DNA of 53,120 nucleotides, taken from positions 1 through 53,120 of IMG/VR virus record IMGVR_UViG_3300037485_001022; one strand, written 5' to 3'. Of the stretch, positions 10,075 to 19,649 are shown piece after piece; position 1 is the stretch's first letter; every line of letters starts with the position of its first letter. The notes under the pieces are model-generated. The model was given only the letters and a program-made list of their open reading frames with translations, was not told the DNA's origin and did no database searches. This DNA is from a virus (Duplodnaviria; Caudoviricetes). The position numbers and the translations under genes are program-made.

Positions 10075-10677
10075 ATGTCACTAATCAAAACTAAAATTGA
10101 CAGGACTTTTATGCTTGAACTGCCGTTCAGTACTAGACATATTGATGAGTTTCTTGGCCTCAAGTGTATGCCTGAAATCATCAAGTTCTACCCCAACAGC
10201 AAAGAAATCACAGAAGCAATGGCTGTGTTTGCTGGTATCAGAAAGGTGCATGACGTTTACCCTTCCATCATGGGTGACCCTAATGTGCTGTGTATTGTAC
10301 CCGGTGATGGTGTCAGTCCGCGTGTAGGTGCGTTGGCTGCATACCGTACACGCTGGACGGTACACTCCGTTGACCCTGCTATGCGGCAGCGTGAGCATGG
10401 CATTGAACGACTGACACTGCATACTAAGAAGATTGAGGAATGTGAGTTTGAGTATGCCCCTACAGTTGTTATCATGTCCTGTCATTCACATGTGGCATTG
10501 GACGAGGTGCTAGTAACTGTCAAGGGCGGGTACGAAGAACACATACGGTTTATCGTGATTGCCTTGCAGTGTTGCGTGCCTATGAAGATTACTGATAAAC
10601 TTCCGCTACATGAGTACAGGGATGTCGGTATCTTTAGTCCTGAAAACCTTATTAGAATATGGAGTTGGAATGAATAA
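10075..10677 (+). CDS. putative class I SAM-dependent methyltransferase-like protein
   Basis: CIVPGDGVSPRVG glycine loop followed by VHSVDP acidic strand end. Confidence 0.45.
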   Translation: MSLIKTKIDRTFMLELPFSTRHIDEFLGLKCMPEIIKFYPNSKEITEAMAVFAGIRKVHDVYPSIMGDPNVLCIVPGDGVSPRVGALAAYRTRWTVHSVDPAMRQREHGIERLTLHTKKIEECEFEYAPTVVIMSCHSHVALDEVLVTVKGGYEEHIRFIVIALQCCVPMKITDKLPLHEYRDVGIFSPENLIRIWSWNE

Positions 10678-10839
10678 ACCTAAAGTAGATAATCTACGAT
10701 GCTGTGTATTATCGGTAAGTATACGCCCTATCAAAATGGGTAACAGTAAGAAGAGTGAGAAACCCTTAGCGCAGTGTATAATTCCGCTTGGATGGATAGA
10801 CCCGAAAGAAGCATACTACATACTACAGGATTATATGCA

Positions 10840-11280
10840 ATGAAAACACTACTAGCTCCCGCGATGAACGGTAAAACCTTACTAGCAATCGCCCTATTAT
10901 GCCCTACAATCGCGTTTAGTGCGAACATTGATAAGGTGATAGGGGTACTGATTAAAGTTGAATCTAGGGGTATCGCAAGCGCAGTAAACGGCAATGCGGT
11001 CGGTATCCTTCAAATTAAACCAATCCAAGTTAAGGAAATAAATCGTATACTTACACTTCAAAAGTCAGATAAACGCTATACTTTGCAGGATAGGCTATCA
11101 CCTGTAAAGTCAAAAGAAATGGCGCATATCTTTTATGCCTTTTGGATTAAACGCTGGCCAGTAATGAGTGGGGTTGAACTGTGTGGGCGTTGGATGATGC
11201 CTAATGGTAAAGCCCCTGAATGGTACAAAGAACGGTGTAGGAAGGTGATAAATGAAACCAGAACTGAGGAAGGCGGTTGA
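10840..11280 (+). CDS. lysozyme/transglycosylase-fold protein with signal-peptide-like N-terminus
   Basis: Catalytic-type VES motif and AVGILQI; hydrophobic LLAIALLCPTIAFSA. Confidence 0.7.
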   Translation: MKTLLAPAMNGKTLLAIALLCPTIAFSANIDKVIGVLIKVESRGIASAVNGNAVGILQIKPIQVKEINRILTLQKSDKRYTLQDRLSPVKSKEMAHIFYAFWIKRWPVMSGVELCGRWMMPNGKAPEWYKERCRKVINETRTEEGG

Positions 11281-11506
11281 TTCAGTAGCACTACTGAACA
11301 ATCTTACAGACCATCACATAGAAAACCTAGCAGCTATACTATTCCTTATCCATTACAAGTGTGCAATACCCGACTTTGAGGAAAAGGATGAGTATATGGA
11401 TGAACTTAGTAAGCAGGGTAAGTTATCTGTATCCTTGTATAAGCGCAGGTTGTCTAAACAAAAAGAAGAAGTAAGTAAGTTTATGAAGGAGCACATAATT
11501 GTATGA
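11252..11506 (+). CDS. hypothetical protein
   Basis: 84-aa ORF overlapping both neighbours. Confidence 0.6.
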   Translation: MKPELRKAVDSVALLNNLTDHHIENLAAILFLIHYKCAIPDFEEKDEYMDELSKQGKLSVSLYKRRLSKQKEEVSKFMKEHIIV

Positions 11507-11739
11507 AACTTAATCCAGCATGGAAAGCAGAACGGGAAGCAGAAATTCAAACCTACTTACGGGATGGGTTTCAGAAAATTGATGTAACAAGTTCTTGCAA
11601 TATGGCGATTCAGTGGTTGATATGTCAGTTAGTTGCGCATAATATCCCGTTTAAGGTTATTCAACTAGGCGCAGGTGTTAAGCGAGTGACTACCGATACA
11701 ACAGTTTGCCCTAAATGTAATGGCACAGGAAAATGTTAA
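11503..11739 (+). CDS. hypothetical protein with C-terminal CPKCNGTG zinc knuckle
   Basis: AAGGAG RBS; CxxCxGxG. Confidence 0.7.
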   Translation: MKLNPAWKAEREAEIQTYLRDGFQKIDVTSSCNMAIQWLICQLVAHNIPFKVIQLGAGVKRVTTDTTVCPKCNGTGKC

Positions 11740-11977
11740 ATGAATAAACTAACTGTAGACTTGTTTGGAAATTGGCGACTGTACTGGCCGTCGAGGATAT
11801 TCCCTTATGGTTCAGTAATTGAAGGCACAGTTGACAGGGGGTAACGGCAGTGTTGGGGTACTATTCAAGATGCCTACTGGAACCTATATGCAGGGTAATG
11901 CGGGGGCATTGCGAAGTTTACCGCAACGCGCAGTTAGTGCCGCGTATGTAACTGCCTTTTACAAGGATGATAAATGA
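11740..11977 (+). pseudogene. small phage gene interrupted by a frameshift in a G5 run
   Basis: Frame stops at TAA 11842; removing one G from 11837-11841 gives an open frame to TGA 11975-11977 overlapping the next ATG. Confidence 0.6.
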
Positions 11978-12498
11978 AACTAACACAAAAAGAATTACAA
12001 TCTATAGCGATGCGTGTAGCAGGGATATTGGCTAGGCATCATCAATTTCACAGTGACCCTACAATGATTGCTGATGCGGTAGCAGATAGCTATACTACCG
12101 TTTCAGACCGTGACTTCCCTACTGATGATGATAAGCATAGAATGTGGGTACATTGTGCATTAAACAGGTTTCGTGACTTGCGAAAGCATAGAAACCATAA
12201 ACCTGACCAGATTCCTAGTTACTTTGGGCATGATGAAACGGTATTTGATAACTTTATGACTACTACACCTGTATATTGTGAAATTGGGTTCATTACTGAA
12301 TTGGAAGACCTGCCTAAGAAGGCACGGGAGGTTGTTCAATTCATTATTGATAACAAGATGGGTGTTACAGGCGGTGAGCATAAGCATGTACTGATTAAGA
12401 AAACTAAGGATGCCCTGCAGAAGCAGAATGTACTGAAAAACAACAATGAGTGGCGCAAGATTTCTGGTGTGATTCGTGATTGGGTAAGTAAACTGTAA
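11974..12498 (+). CDS. putative sigma-70/ECF-like transcription factor
   Basis: Region-2-like WVHCALNRFRDLRK and region-4-like LEDLPKKAREVV. Confidence 0.55.
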   Translation: MKLTQKELQSIAMRVAGILARHHQFHSDPTMIADAVADSYTTVSDRDFPTDDDKHRMWVHCALNRFRDLRKHRNHKPDQIPSYFGHDETVFDNFMTTTPVYCEIGFITELEDLPKKAREVVQFIIDNKMGVTGGEHKHVLIKKTKDALQKQNVLKNNNEWRKISGVIRDWVSKL

Positions 12499-12506
12499 AG
12501 GAGTAT

Positions 12507-12752
12507 ATGGCAACTGATCATATTGATAAAGATGCGGTAGACGAGATGGAGTCCCTCAGAGGTAGTCTTGCTGCTGCGGGACTTGATGATATTTGCGAGT
12601 CTTTCCTTGAAGATGCCCTATCAGAAGCATCTGAAACAGCGTACAAAACTGGTGCGGGTTCAACATATAGGGAAGAACTTATTACTTTAATTGAAGATGC
12701 GAGGAGCGAATTAAACCGCGCATTATCAGTTATCAAGGGGGGTAAGGTATAA
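12507..12752 (+). CDS. hypothetical acidic protein
   Basis: AAGGAG RBS; very acidic 81 aa. Confidence 0.65.
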   Translation: MATDHIDKDAVDEMESLRGSLAAAGLDDICESFLEDALSEASETAYKTGAGSTYREELITLIEDARSELNRALSVIKGGKV

Positions 12753-12753
12753 T

Positions 12754-12996
12754 ATGACATTCCAAGAAGCAAGAGCAAAGCTGACGGAAATCAGCGGCGG
12801 TAAGTACCGATCCATGTACTATCAGTTCACGGAGAGATTTGACGGAAAAACGGAGGCGGCGTGTCGCGTGTACGTTGAAGGGACTGTTCACGTTTTGAAG
12901 GAATACAAGACGTGGCAGGAAGCGATTGACGCGCACATCAAAGCACAGATCACGGTGGACAATACGGACGCTGACGTCTCGGAAATGCCGGAGTAA
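12754..12996 (+). CDS. hypothetical protein
   Basis: 80-aa ORF, visibly more GC-rich than neighbours. Confidence 0.65.
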   Translation: MTFQEARAKLTEISGGKYRSMYYQFTERFDGKTEAACRVYVEGTVHVLKEYKTWQEAIDAHIKAQITVDNTDADVSEMPE

Positions 12997-13224
12997 AGGA
13001 GTTAGTATGGCAGACCAAACAAAGCAGATGAAACATATTAATGCAGTTGCTAGACTGCAGAAGCATTTGGCATCTTATGTTAGTGACCCAAATCATGTTA
13101 CAGTGAAGGAAGATATATTCATTGATGACATGCTATATTTACTGGGTATTTCATACGACGAGGATAAGTTTTCACAGGGTATTGGTTACGGGGACTTTAA
13201 AGAACTAGTAAGGACGGTGATCGG

Positions 13225-13440
13225 ATGAAAGTATGGACATGTAATAGGTTTACCGGGCATTACCCGGTAGGTTGTGCAGCCGTTGTATATGCGGAAACAC
13301 AGCAGGAAGCAGTTGACATACTTAATGCTTCCCTAAAGGAGCAGGGACTAGAAGGTGACGCTGCAATAGAAGATATGGAGTTGTTTCCATGTCATCCGCA
13401 GTGGGTGGAAGTGCGTATACTGTGTGATGGACAATACTAA
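13225..13440 (+). CDS. hypothetical phage protein
   Basis: FTGHYPVG..ILCDGQY; ATGA overlap. Confidence 0.7.
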   Translation: MKVWTCNRFTGHYPVGCAAVVYAETQQEAVDILNASLKEQGLEGDAAIEDMELFPCHPQWVEVRILCDGQY

Positions 13441-13678
13441 AAGGGGTATATGATTATTTATCGAACTAGCGATTCCGCTTTTACCGATAAGGTGCAGAAG
13501 CAGGATATTGAAACACACATTAAGGCTAATGACGAGCTAGCAGATGAGGCCATTATCCTGCGTGATTGGATTGCCTTTGATGGTGTTCCCTATGACGCTA
13601 CATTTATTGGTGTAGATAGTATTCTTGACGCTGATGTTTATACTTGGGGTGGGTTAGATACACAAAAGTGAGGTAATT

Positions 13679-14548
13679 ATGATTAAGAAACCTATGTTGG
13701 CTGTTGATTGTGGCGATACTGCAACTTTGCAATATCCGTTGTATGCTACCCCTAAACTGGATGGTATTCGCTGCATGAAGGTTGACGGTTGCATTGTCAG
13801 CCGTAACTTTAAACCTATTCCTAATACGCATATCCGCAATATCCTTGAACAGGAATTGCCGGAAGGTGCAGATGGTGAAGTCTGTTTGCGCGGTACTATG
13901 GCCTTTAACGAGGTGTCATCCGCTGTAATGCGTGAAACTGGTGTGCCTGACTTTGTTTACTATATGTTTGATTTGTATAGTAACGAGGGTTATAATACAC
14001 GCATGAATCTTATGCGGAGTTGTGTTGGTAGTGGTAACGACATTATCATTCCATTGTATCCGGTTACTATCCGTAATGAAGAGGAGCTACTGGCATACGA
14101 GACTGATATGCTTGGCCTTGGCTATGAGGGGGTAATGGTACGTACAGGCAATAGCCCCTATAAGTTTGGGCGGTCAACTGTTAAAGAAGGGTACTTGCTT
14201 AAAGTTAAACGGTTTACAGATTCCGAGGCTATTGTCCTTGGGTTTGTAGAACGTATGCACAATGGCAATGAGGCTACTAAGGATGCGTTCGGGCGTACTG
14301 AACGGTCTAGCCATAAGGAAAATATGGTTCCTATGAATACGCTAGGGGCGTTACAGGTACGGGATGTTAAGTCTGGCGTTGAATTTGAAGTTGGTACGGG
14401 GTTCAGTGCCGCACTAAGAAAAGAAATATGGGATAACAAGATGGACTGGCGAGATTCGTTAATTAAGTACAAGAGTCAGAAGTCAGGGGAAAAGGACAAG
14501 CCCCGCTTCCCTGTGTTCCTTGGTAAACGTAGTCCGAATGATATGTAA
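13679..14548 (+). CDS. lig: ATP-dependent DNA ligase
   Basis: Motif I KLDGIR, DGE, EGVMVR, LLKVK, OB-fold VGTGF and RFPVF. Confidence 0.93.
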   Translation: MIKKPMLAVDCGDTATLQYPLYATPKLDGIRCMKVDGCIVSRNFKPIPNTHIRNILEQELPEGADGEVCLRGTMAFNEVSSAVMRETGVPDFVYYMFDLYSNEGYNTRMNLMRSCVGSGNDIIIPLYPVTIRNEEELLAYETDMLGLGYEGVMVRTGNSPYKFGRSTVKEGYLLKVKRFTDSEAIVLGFVERMHNGNEATKDAFGRTERSSHKENMVPMNTLGALQVRDVKSGVEFEVGTGFSAALRKEIWDNKMDWRDSLIKYKSQKSGEKDKPRFPVFLGKRSPNDM

Positions 14549-14560
14549 AAGGAGGTAGTT

Positions 14561-14899
14561 ATGGGTGATCGTGCAAATATTGTTGTGACGTGTCGTGATG
14601 AACAGGTTTGTCTATACACGCATTGGAACGGTAGTGAGTTGGTTGAAACACTTAATGCCGCAATGATTCGTGGTGAGGATAGGTGGGATGACTTCCCGTA
14701 TCTGACTAGAATCATTTTCTGTGAAATGGTTAAGGATTATGTATTGACAGAAACCGGTTGGGGTATTAGTCAGAAACCGCATGACGGTGAATACAGGATT
14801 ATCACCGTTAATGTAGACAAGCAAACGGTACAAATTAAGGATACCCCACCGATGTCCTTTAAAGAGTTTATCAATACAACTACAACTTGGGGGCGATGA
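14561..14899 (+). CDS. conserved-looking phage hypothetical protein (MGDRANI..LYTHWNG)
   Basis: AAGGAGGT RBS; 112 aa. Confidence 0.75.
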   Translation: MGDRANIVVTCRDEQVCLYTHWNGSELVETLNAAMIRGEDRWDDFPYLTRIIFCEMVKDYVLTETGWGISQKPHDGEYRIITVNVDKQTVQIKDTPPMSFKEFINTTTTWGR

Positions 14900-14905
14900 G
14901 TAACT

Positions 14906-15100
14906 ATGAAAATTACTTGGACAGATAACGATAACGCAGTAGTATTGCAAAATCCTATGCGTATTGTGTTTATGGAAGGTTCGACATGTAATACCTGTGT
15001 AGCGAATGGAAATGCCCTGTGCTCCTTACTTGTACGTAACTGTATGGCAAAAACTAGGGATGATGGTAGAGAGGGCTGCTTTAGGGAAGTAAAGGATTAA
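14906..15100 (+). CDS. small Cys-rich protein, similar to 3308-3514
   Basis: CNTCVAN..LC..C..FREVK. Confidence 0.65.
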   Translation: MKITWTDNDNAVVLQNPMRIVFMEGSTCNTCVANGNALCSLLVRNCMAKTRDDGREGCFREVKD

Positions 15101-15102
15101 CT

Positions 15103-15405
15103 ATGAAAGTCCTCCCATATACACCGGGTAAACCCCGTAAGATTCCGAAGGGTACACCATTTGCAGTATACGGCTGTAAACTGGAAAACCCTAACCGTTC
15201 AGTACGGGTTGCCATGATTGGCAAGGGCGATGACCCTAGTGAGGTAGGGCTAGAGTTTAGGATGGAAACACCGAAAGGTGAAACTCAACTAAAGTTTAGT
15301 CTTACTTATGCAGCATTTTGCGCTATGTGGCAATGTGCTAATGCGGCAGGTGCTGAATGGCATAAGCAATCAGTGTTAAGCAAGGTTAATGAAAAGAAGG
15401 ATTAA
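15103..15405 (+). CDS. hypothetical protein
   Basis: AAGGA..TAACTATG start. Confidence 0.65.
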   Translation: MKVLPYTPGKPRKIPKGTPFAVYGCKLENPNRSVRVAMIGKGDDPSEVGLEFRMETPKGETQLKFSLTYAAFCAMWQCANAAGAEWHKQSVLSKVNEKKD

Positions 15406-15409
15406 CGTT

Positions 15410-15841
15410 ATGACTATACTTGAAAGATTTGGGGCAGTTAAGAATAAGGAACTGCGCGGGAAGCTGCGAAAGAACTATAATGAGTGTTTCGCTCGTTCGT
15501 ATGGTATTGCGTTTGATGAGTACCATACAGATAGGGACGCTTTAACTTATGGTTTTTCATGGGCACAAAGTAGTGAGGGAGGTGAGTACTGGCGCGGGTT
15601 GTCTGAGTTATTGCTTACCGACGGTACATTTGACAGAGCGTTTACTGTAATGATGCGTGGTGTACCTGATATGCCTAGCATCCCACCGCCACCACCTAAA
15701 GGCCCACCTAAAGGCAAGGAGTACAGGTATTGCACTAGTAAGAACAATATTATAGTGCAACAGTTTGTTGATAACAAGATGGTATGGAAAGCTACATTCA
15801 CCATTCCTAATTTTATTGCTTGGGCTAAGGAAAACACGTAA
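15410..15841 (+). CDS. paralogue family A member
   Basis: MTILERF..GFSWAQSSEGGEYW; Pro linker; C-terminal GKEY..VWKATF..FIAWA. Confidence 0.8.
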   Translation: MTILERFGAVKNKELRGKLRKNYNECFARSYGIAFDEYHTDRDALTYGFSWAQSSEGGEYWRGLSELLLTDGTFDRAFTVMMRGVPDMPSIPPPPPKGPPKGKEYRYCTSKNNIIVQQFVDNKMVWKATFTIPNFIAWAKENT

Positions 15842-15852
15842 AGGAGGTTGAT

Positions 15853-16308
15853 ATGACATACAGGGAACGGTTTGAAAAGATTAAGACTAAAGAACTGCGG
15901 AATAAGTTACTTGCAGCTACACCCGCAGATGTATTAGAAAATGCCGTAGACGGTAGGAGTGATAGTAACCTTTTGCGGGGTGCCTTTATATGGGGTTGCA
16001 CAAAAGAGGGGTATACTTACTGGGATAAACTTAACGACGCAGTATCTAGTGCAGGCTCGTTTGATGCTGGATGGAATAAGTTGCCCCCACCTAAAACTAG
16101 CACTATGGTAATGGAACGTGCGGGATTCAAGTTTCCCGCAGTACATGCACGTAAAGATGACCCGCGTGGAAAAGAGTATGGTTACTTTATAGTTTGTATG
16201 GATACAGATAAGTATACGGTAACTAAGTTTGATTATGTTAATACTATAGTGTGGTCAGCTACTTTCAGTGAAGATAGTTTCCTAGCATGGGCGCGGGATT
16301 ATACATGA
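15853..16308 (+). CDS. paralogue family A member
   Basis: MTYRERF..AFIWGCTKEGYTYW; C-terminal GKEY..VWSATF..FLAWA. Confidence 0.8.
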   Translation: MTYRERFEKIKTKELRNKLLAATPADVLENAVDGRSDSNLLRGAFIWGCTKEGYTYWDKLNDAVSSAGSFDAGWNKLPPPKTSTMVMERAGFKFPAVHARKDDPRGKEYGYFIVCMDTDKYTVTKFDYVNTIVWSATFSEDSFLAWARDYT

Positions 16309-17885
16309 GTAAATTAGCATCAGACGTTTATCTGAATGGGAAGTGGTATATTGAGTATCCACTGGAGGAGACTTGTACGTTTCCAAATATCCCTAAAAAG
16401 ACTGCAATATCGAATCTAGTGCCGATTACACTCATTAATCTTGGCATATTGCATACTAATGGATATTCCTTTTCAGATAGTCTGATGGCTAAGAAGGTAC
16501 AGATGCAGGACAAATCCAGTCCTGTATCTGTTACCTTGCCCGATGTCCTTATGCCGTTTCAAAAAGAAGGTGTTACTAAAGGGCTGGCTAAGACTAAGGG
16601 GTTTCTACTTGCGGATGAGCAGGGACTAGGTAAGACATTACAGTTAATTACTTATGTTGCCTACAAACCTGAACTGCGTCCGGCAGTAGTGGTTTGCCCC
16701 TCACACCTTAAATGGAACTGGTTTAATGAGTTTAACAAGTGGCAACCACTAATTAATGTAGACGTGTTAGAAACTAATACACCGTATGAAACAAGCGGCG
16801 AGGTACTGATAGTCAACTACGAAATTGTTAAATCATGGGTATCTTACTTTAATAACTTAGGTGTTAAACTAGTTATCTGTGACGAAGCGCAGAAAATCAA
16901 GAACCGTAAGGCTATCAGTACGCAAGCGGTATTGAGTATTGGTGAAAACCCTGTGCGTATCATGGCAACAGGTACACCATTAATCAATAACCCAGAAAAT
17001 GTCTGGGCGTTGGTAGACGCTATTGATAAAAGGTTACTAGGAGGCTGGACTAACTTTATCAACTACTTCTGTGTAGTAACTAAACGACCCTTGTTTAAGA
17101 ACGGTAAGCAGGTGCGCATTAACGGGCATCCTATTATGATTAATCAGATAGGCTCTGCTAAGAACATGGAAGTGCTGAACAAGGTACTGGCATCGTCCGT
17201 TATGATTAGGCGCACTAAAGCGGAAGTGTTGCCACAGTTACCTAAGAAGATTAAGACGGTGCTGCCTGTAACCGTAAACATAGATGCTAAACTGCAAAAG
17301 GATACTACCAATCTTGTTCTAGCCGCTGAAAACGAACGGGAGGTTAAAGAAGCGTATGGCAAAATGTATCAGGAGTTGGGAACTGCAAAGATAGACGCCG
17401 CTATAGAATGGATTGAGGACTTTCTTGAATCAAGTACTGAACCATTAGTTGTAATGGGTTGGCATCGTGACGTAACTACCGCTATCTATGAGAAGTTTAA
17501 GAAGGTATCGGTACTGGTTATTGGGGGAGTGAAGAATAAAGAAGAGTTGAAAACCTTATTCCAAAAAGGGGAAAAGCGGATATTCATAGGTAACATTATA
17601 ACGGCAGGCACAGGGTTCACACTTACTGCTGCAAACAATATGTTATTTGTTGAACTACCCATGACTTCTGCTGACCTAGCACAAGCAATGGATAGAATAC
17701 ATCGAATAGGGCAGGAAAAACCTTGCTACTACTACTACCTTGTTGGTCGTGGTACACTTGAGGAAAAGATTATTAAGTTGCTAGACGATAAAGCGGATAT
17801 AGCCTCACAAGTCATTGATGGGGTACACGCTACAGGTTCACTAGGGGAACTGCTTAAACTTGCTATAAGTGAAAGTAAACAATGA
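16305..17885 (+). CDS. SNF2/HARP-like SF2 helicase
   Basis: LADEQGLGKT, CDEAQ, TGTPLINN, QAMDRIHRIGQ. Confidence 0.92.
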   Translation: MSKLASDVYLNGKWYIEYPLEETCTFPNIPKKTAISNLVPITLINLGILHTNGYSFSDSLMAKKVQMQDKSSPVSVTLPDVLMPFQKEGVTKGLAKTKGFLLADEQGLGKTLQLITYVAYKPELRPAVVVCPSHLKWNWFNEFNKWQPLINVDVLETNTPYETSGEVLIVNYEIVKSWVSYFNNLGVKLVICDEAQKIKNRKAISTQAVLSIGENPVRIMATGTPLINNPENVWALVDAIDKRLLGGWTNFINYFCVVTKRPLFKNGKQVRINGHPIMINQIGSAKNMEVLNKVLASSVMIRRTKAEVLPQLPKKIKTVLPVTVNIDAKLQKDTTNLVLAAENEREVKEAYGKMYQELGTAKIDAAIEWIEDFLESSTEPLVVMGWHRDVTTAIYEKFKKVSVLVIGGVKNKEELKTLFQKGEKRIFIGNIITAGTGFTLTAANNMLFVELPMTSADLAQAMDRIHRIGQEKPCYYYYLVGRGTLEEKIIKLLDDKADIASQVIDGVHATGSLGELLKLAISESKQ

Positions 17886-18799
17886 ATGACAGGATAGACT
17901 TGGACATAGAACGATTATGTTCTAACGAGGGTATCCACGTCGCACAATCAGGGGAAAGACACCATAGACCTAATTGGGTATCTATGGTGTGTCCTTTTTG
18001 TACGGGTGATGCAGGGCACCATTTGGGCTATTCCAAAAAGGCTAAATGCTTCACCTGTTTCCGATGTGGTAAGCATACGATTGGCACGGTTCTTGCAGCA
18101 CTACTTAACCGTACTAAGCGTGATGCAGTACAATATGCGCTTGAACACTATTCACTAGACCCATTTCAAAAACCAACACTGTTCAAAACAGTTGAACGTC
18201 CACTAAATCTGGACATACCGGGAAATAAAGCGATACCTGAATTACATAGGGCGTACTTAGAGGGGCGAAGGTTTGATCCTGATAAGTTAGTAGCTGAATG
18301 GGATGTACGGTTTACTACCTATCATGTTACCCATGCTTGGCGCGTTATAGCACCTATCTGGAACGGTGGGCGGTATGTTAGTTACGTTGGCCGTGACGTT
18401 ACAGGACACGATAAGAACCGCTACTTAACATGTATGCCGGACAAGGAAGTGTTTGATAACAAGAAGTGTGTCTATGGTATGCAACGGGCTACTAAGGGCA
18501 CTGTGATAGTTGTGGAGGGGGTGTTTGATGCTTGGCGTATTGGTGGCGGTTGTATTGCAACACTTGGTACTGGATGGAAACCGGAACAAGCGGAGTTGAT
18601 TGGGCGTAACTACAAGACAAGTTATATCCTGTATGACCCCGAAGTTATTGCACAGCAAAGGGCTAGAAGTTTGGCTGAAACCTGTTCAATGATTAAAGGG
18701 CATAAATCTTATGTATTGTCTTGTGCTGATTCTACCGCAGAAGACCCCGGCGATATGACAGAAGAGGAAGCGAATGAATTAAGGAAACTGATTAAGTAA
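17882..18799 (+). CDS. DNA primase (zinc-binding + TOPRIM)
   Basis: CPFC..CFRC zinc finger; VVEGVFD and DPGD TOPRIM motifs. Confidence 0.85.
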   Translation: MNDRIDLDIERLCSNEGIHVAQSGERHHRPNWVSMVCPFCTGDAGHHLGYSKKAKCFTCFRCGKHTIGTVLAALLNRTKRDAVQYALEHYSLDPFQKPTLFKTVERPLNLDIPGNKAIPELHRAYLEGRRFDPDKLVAEWDVRFTTYHVTHAWRVIAPIWNGGRYVSYVGRDVTGHDKNRYLTCMPDKEVFDNKKCVYGMQRATKGTVIVVEGVFDAWRIGGGCIATLGTGWKPEQAELIGRNYKTSYILYDPEVIAQQRARSLAETCSMIKGHKSYVLSCADSTAEDPGDMTEEEANELRKLIK

Positions 18800-18804
18800 T
18801 TTAA

Positions 18805-18881
18805 GGGCTTGTAGCTCAGTTGGTTAGAGCGTGGGACTCATAATCCCTTGGTCGCAGGTTCGAGCCCTGCCAAGCCCACCA
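18805..18881 (+). tRNA. tRNA with CAT anticodon, Ile2 (lysidine)-type; encoded CCA
   Basis: GGGCTTG/CAAGCCC acceptor stem, TAGCTCAGTTGGTTAGAGC D arm, CTCATAA loop, GCAGG-TTCGAGC-CCTGC T arm, ACCA end; body resembles bacterial Ile2 rather than Met. Confidence 0.92.
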
Positions 18882-18896
18882 TTTGAAAGGATAACT

Positions 18897-19343
18897 ATGC
18901 CTAGTCGGAAAACACACTACACGTTTACCAATACGACAAAACTGTTAATGTATGATAAATTCAACAAACAGCACTTATTGTCTATTATACCGCAAGTTGC
19001 ATTTGATACTTTGCTGAGTATGCCACCTGAAACTGTAGGCAGATTAGTAAAGAACCAGATATTGTTTATAGTTTCGGATGGAGATCATAAACCTGACATT
19101 CCAGTTGAGGCTGAATCTGTATGGGAAGTCATTATTGCAGCTACCAAACAGTACATGATGTCATTCAGGACACACAGGAAACGTACTGCTGCAATTACTA
19201 AACGGTATCTTACAGGTAAATATGCAGATACAGAAGAGCAGATGCAGGAACTAGCAGAACTAACTAAAAATAATAGTGATGCCCCACAAGCACACTTGAA
19301 GAAACCAGAAGATATGCCAACTTTTGACGTGGAAAACCTTTAA
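18897..19343 (+). CDS. hypothetical protein
   Basis: AAAGGA-TAACT-ATG just after the tRNA. Confidence 0.7.
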   Translation: MPSRKTHYTFTNTTKLLMYDKFNKQHLLSIIPQVAFDTLLSMPPETVGRLVKNQILFIVSDGDHKPDIPVEAESVWEVIIAATKQYMMSFRTHRKRTAAITKRYLTGKYADTEEQMQELAELTKNNSDAPQAHLKKPEDMPTFDVENL

Positions 19344-19355
19344 CTGGAAATAATT

Positions 19356-19649
19356 ATGTACTGTTTGCATTGCGGTGATTGTTGCAAGCGAATGTCACCA
19401 TTGTCTGCACCTGACCCATGTCCGCACCTGATCGAGCGGGGAACATTCGTTTTCTGCGGTATCTACAACAGACGGCCAGAAGCGTGTTGTAGACATGATT
19501 TTCCTGCACGGGTGTGTCCTGTAGGCGCATCCGTGATTGACCTTCCAACATCAGATGCACTGCGGAAAAGAATAGATGATGGGTTTGCAATGATTACCAA
19601 CACGGAAGGGTTAGTGTTGGATGAAGGCGGAAGTAGTGGTTCATGGTGA
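19356..19649 (+). CDS. YkgJ-like cysteine-cluster (CxxCxxCC) protein
   Basis: CLHCGDCC..CPHL..CGIYNRRPEAC. Confidence 0.8.
   Translation: MYCLHCGDCCKRMSPLSAPDPCPHLIERGTFVFCGIYNRRPEACCRHDFPARVCPVGASVIDLPTSDALRKRIDDGFAMITNTEGLVLDEGGSSGSW

Noticed and set aside
18831-18896. N-terminal extension of ORF 18831-19343
   Set aside because: Overlaps the tRNA; the real start is probably ATG 18897 with its RBS
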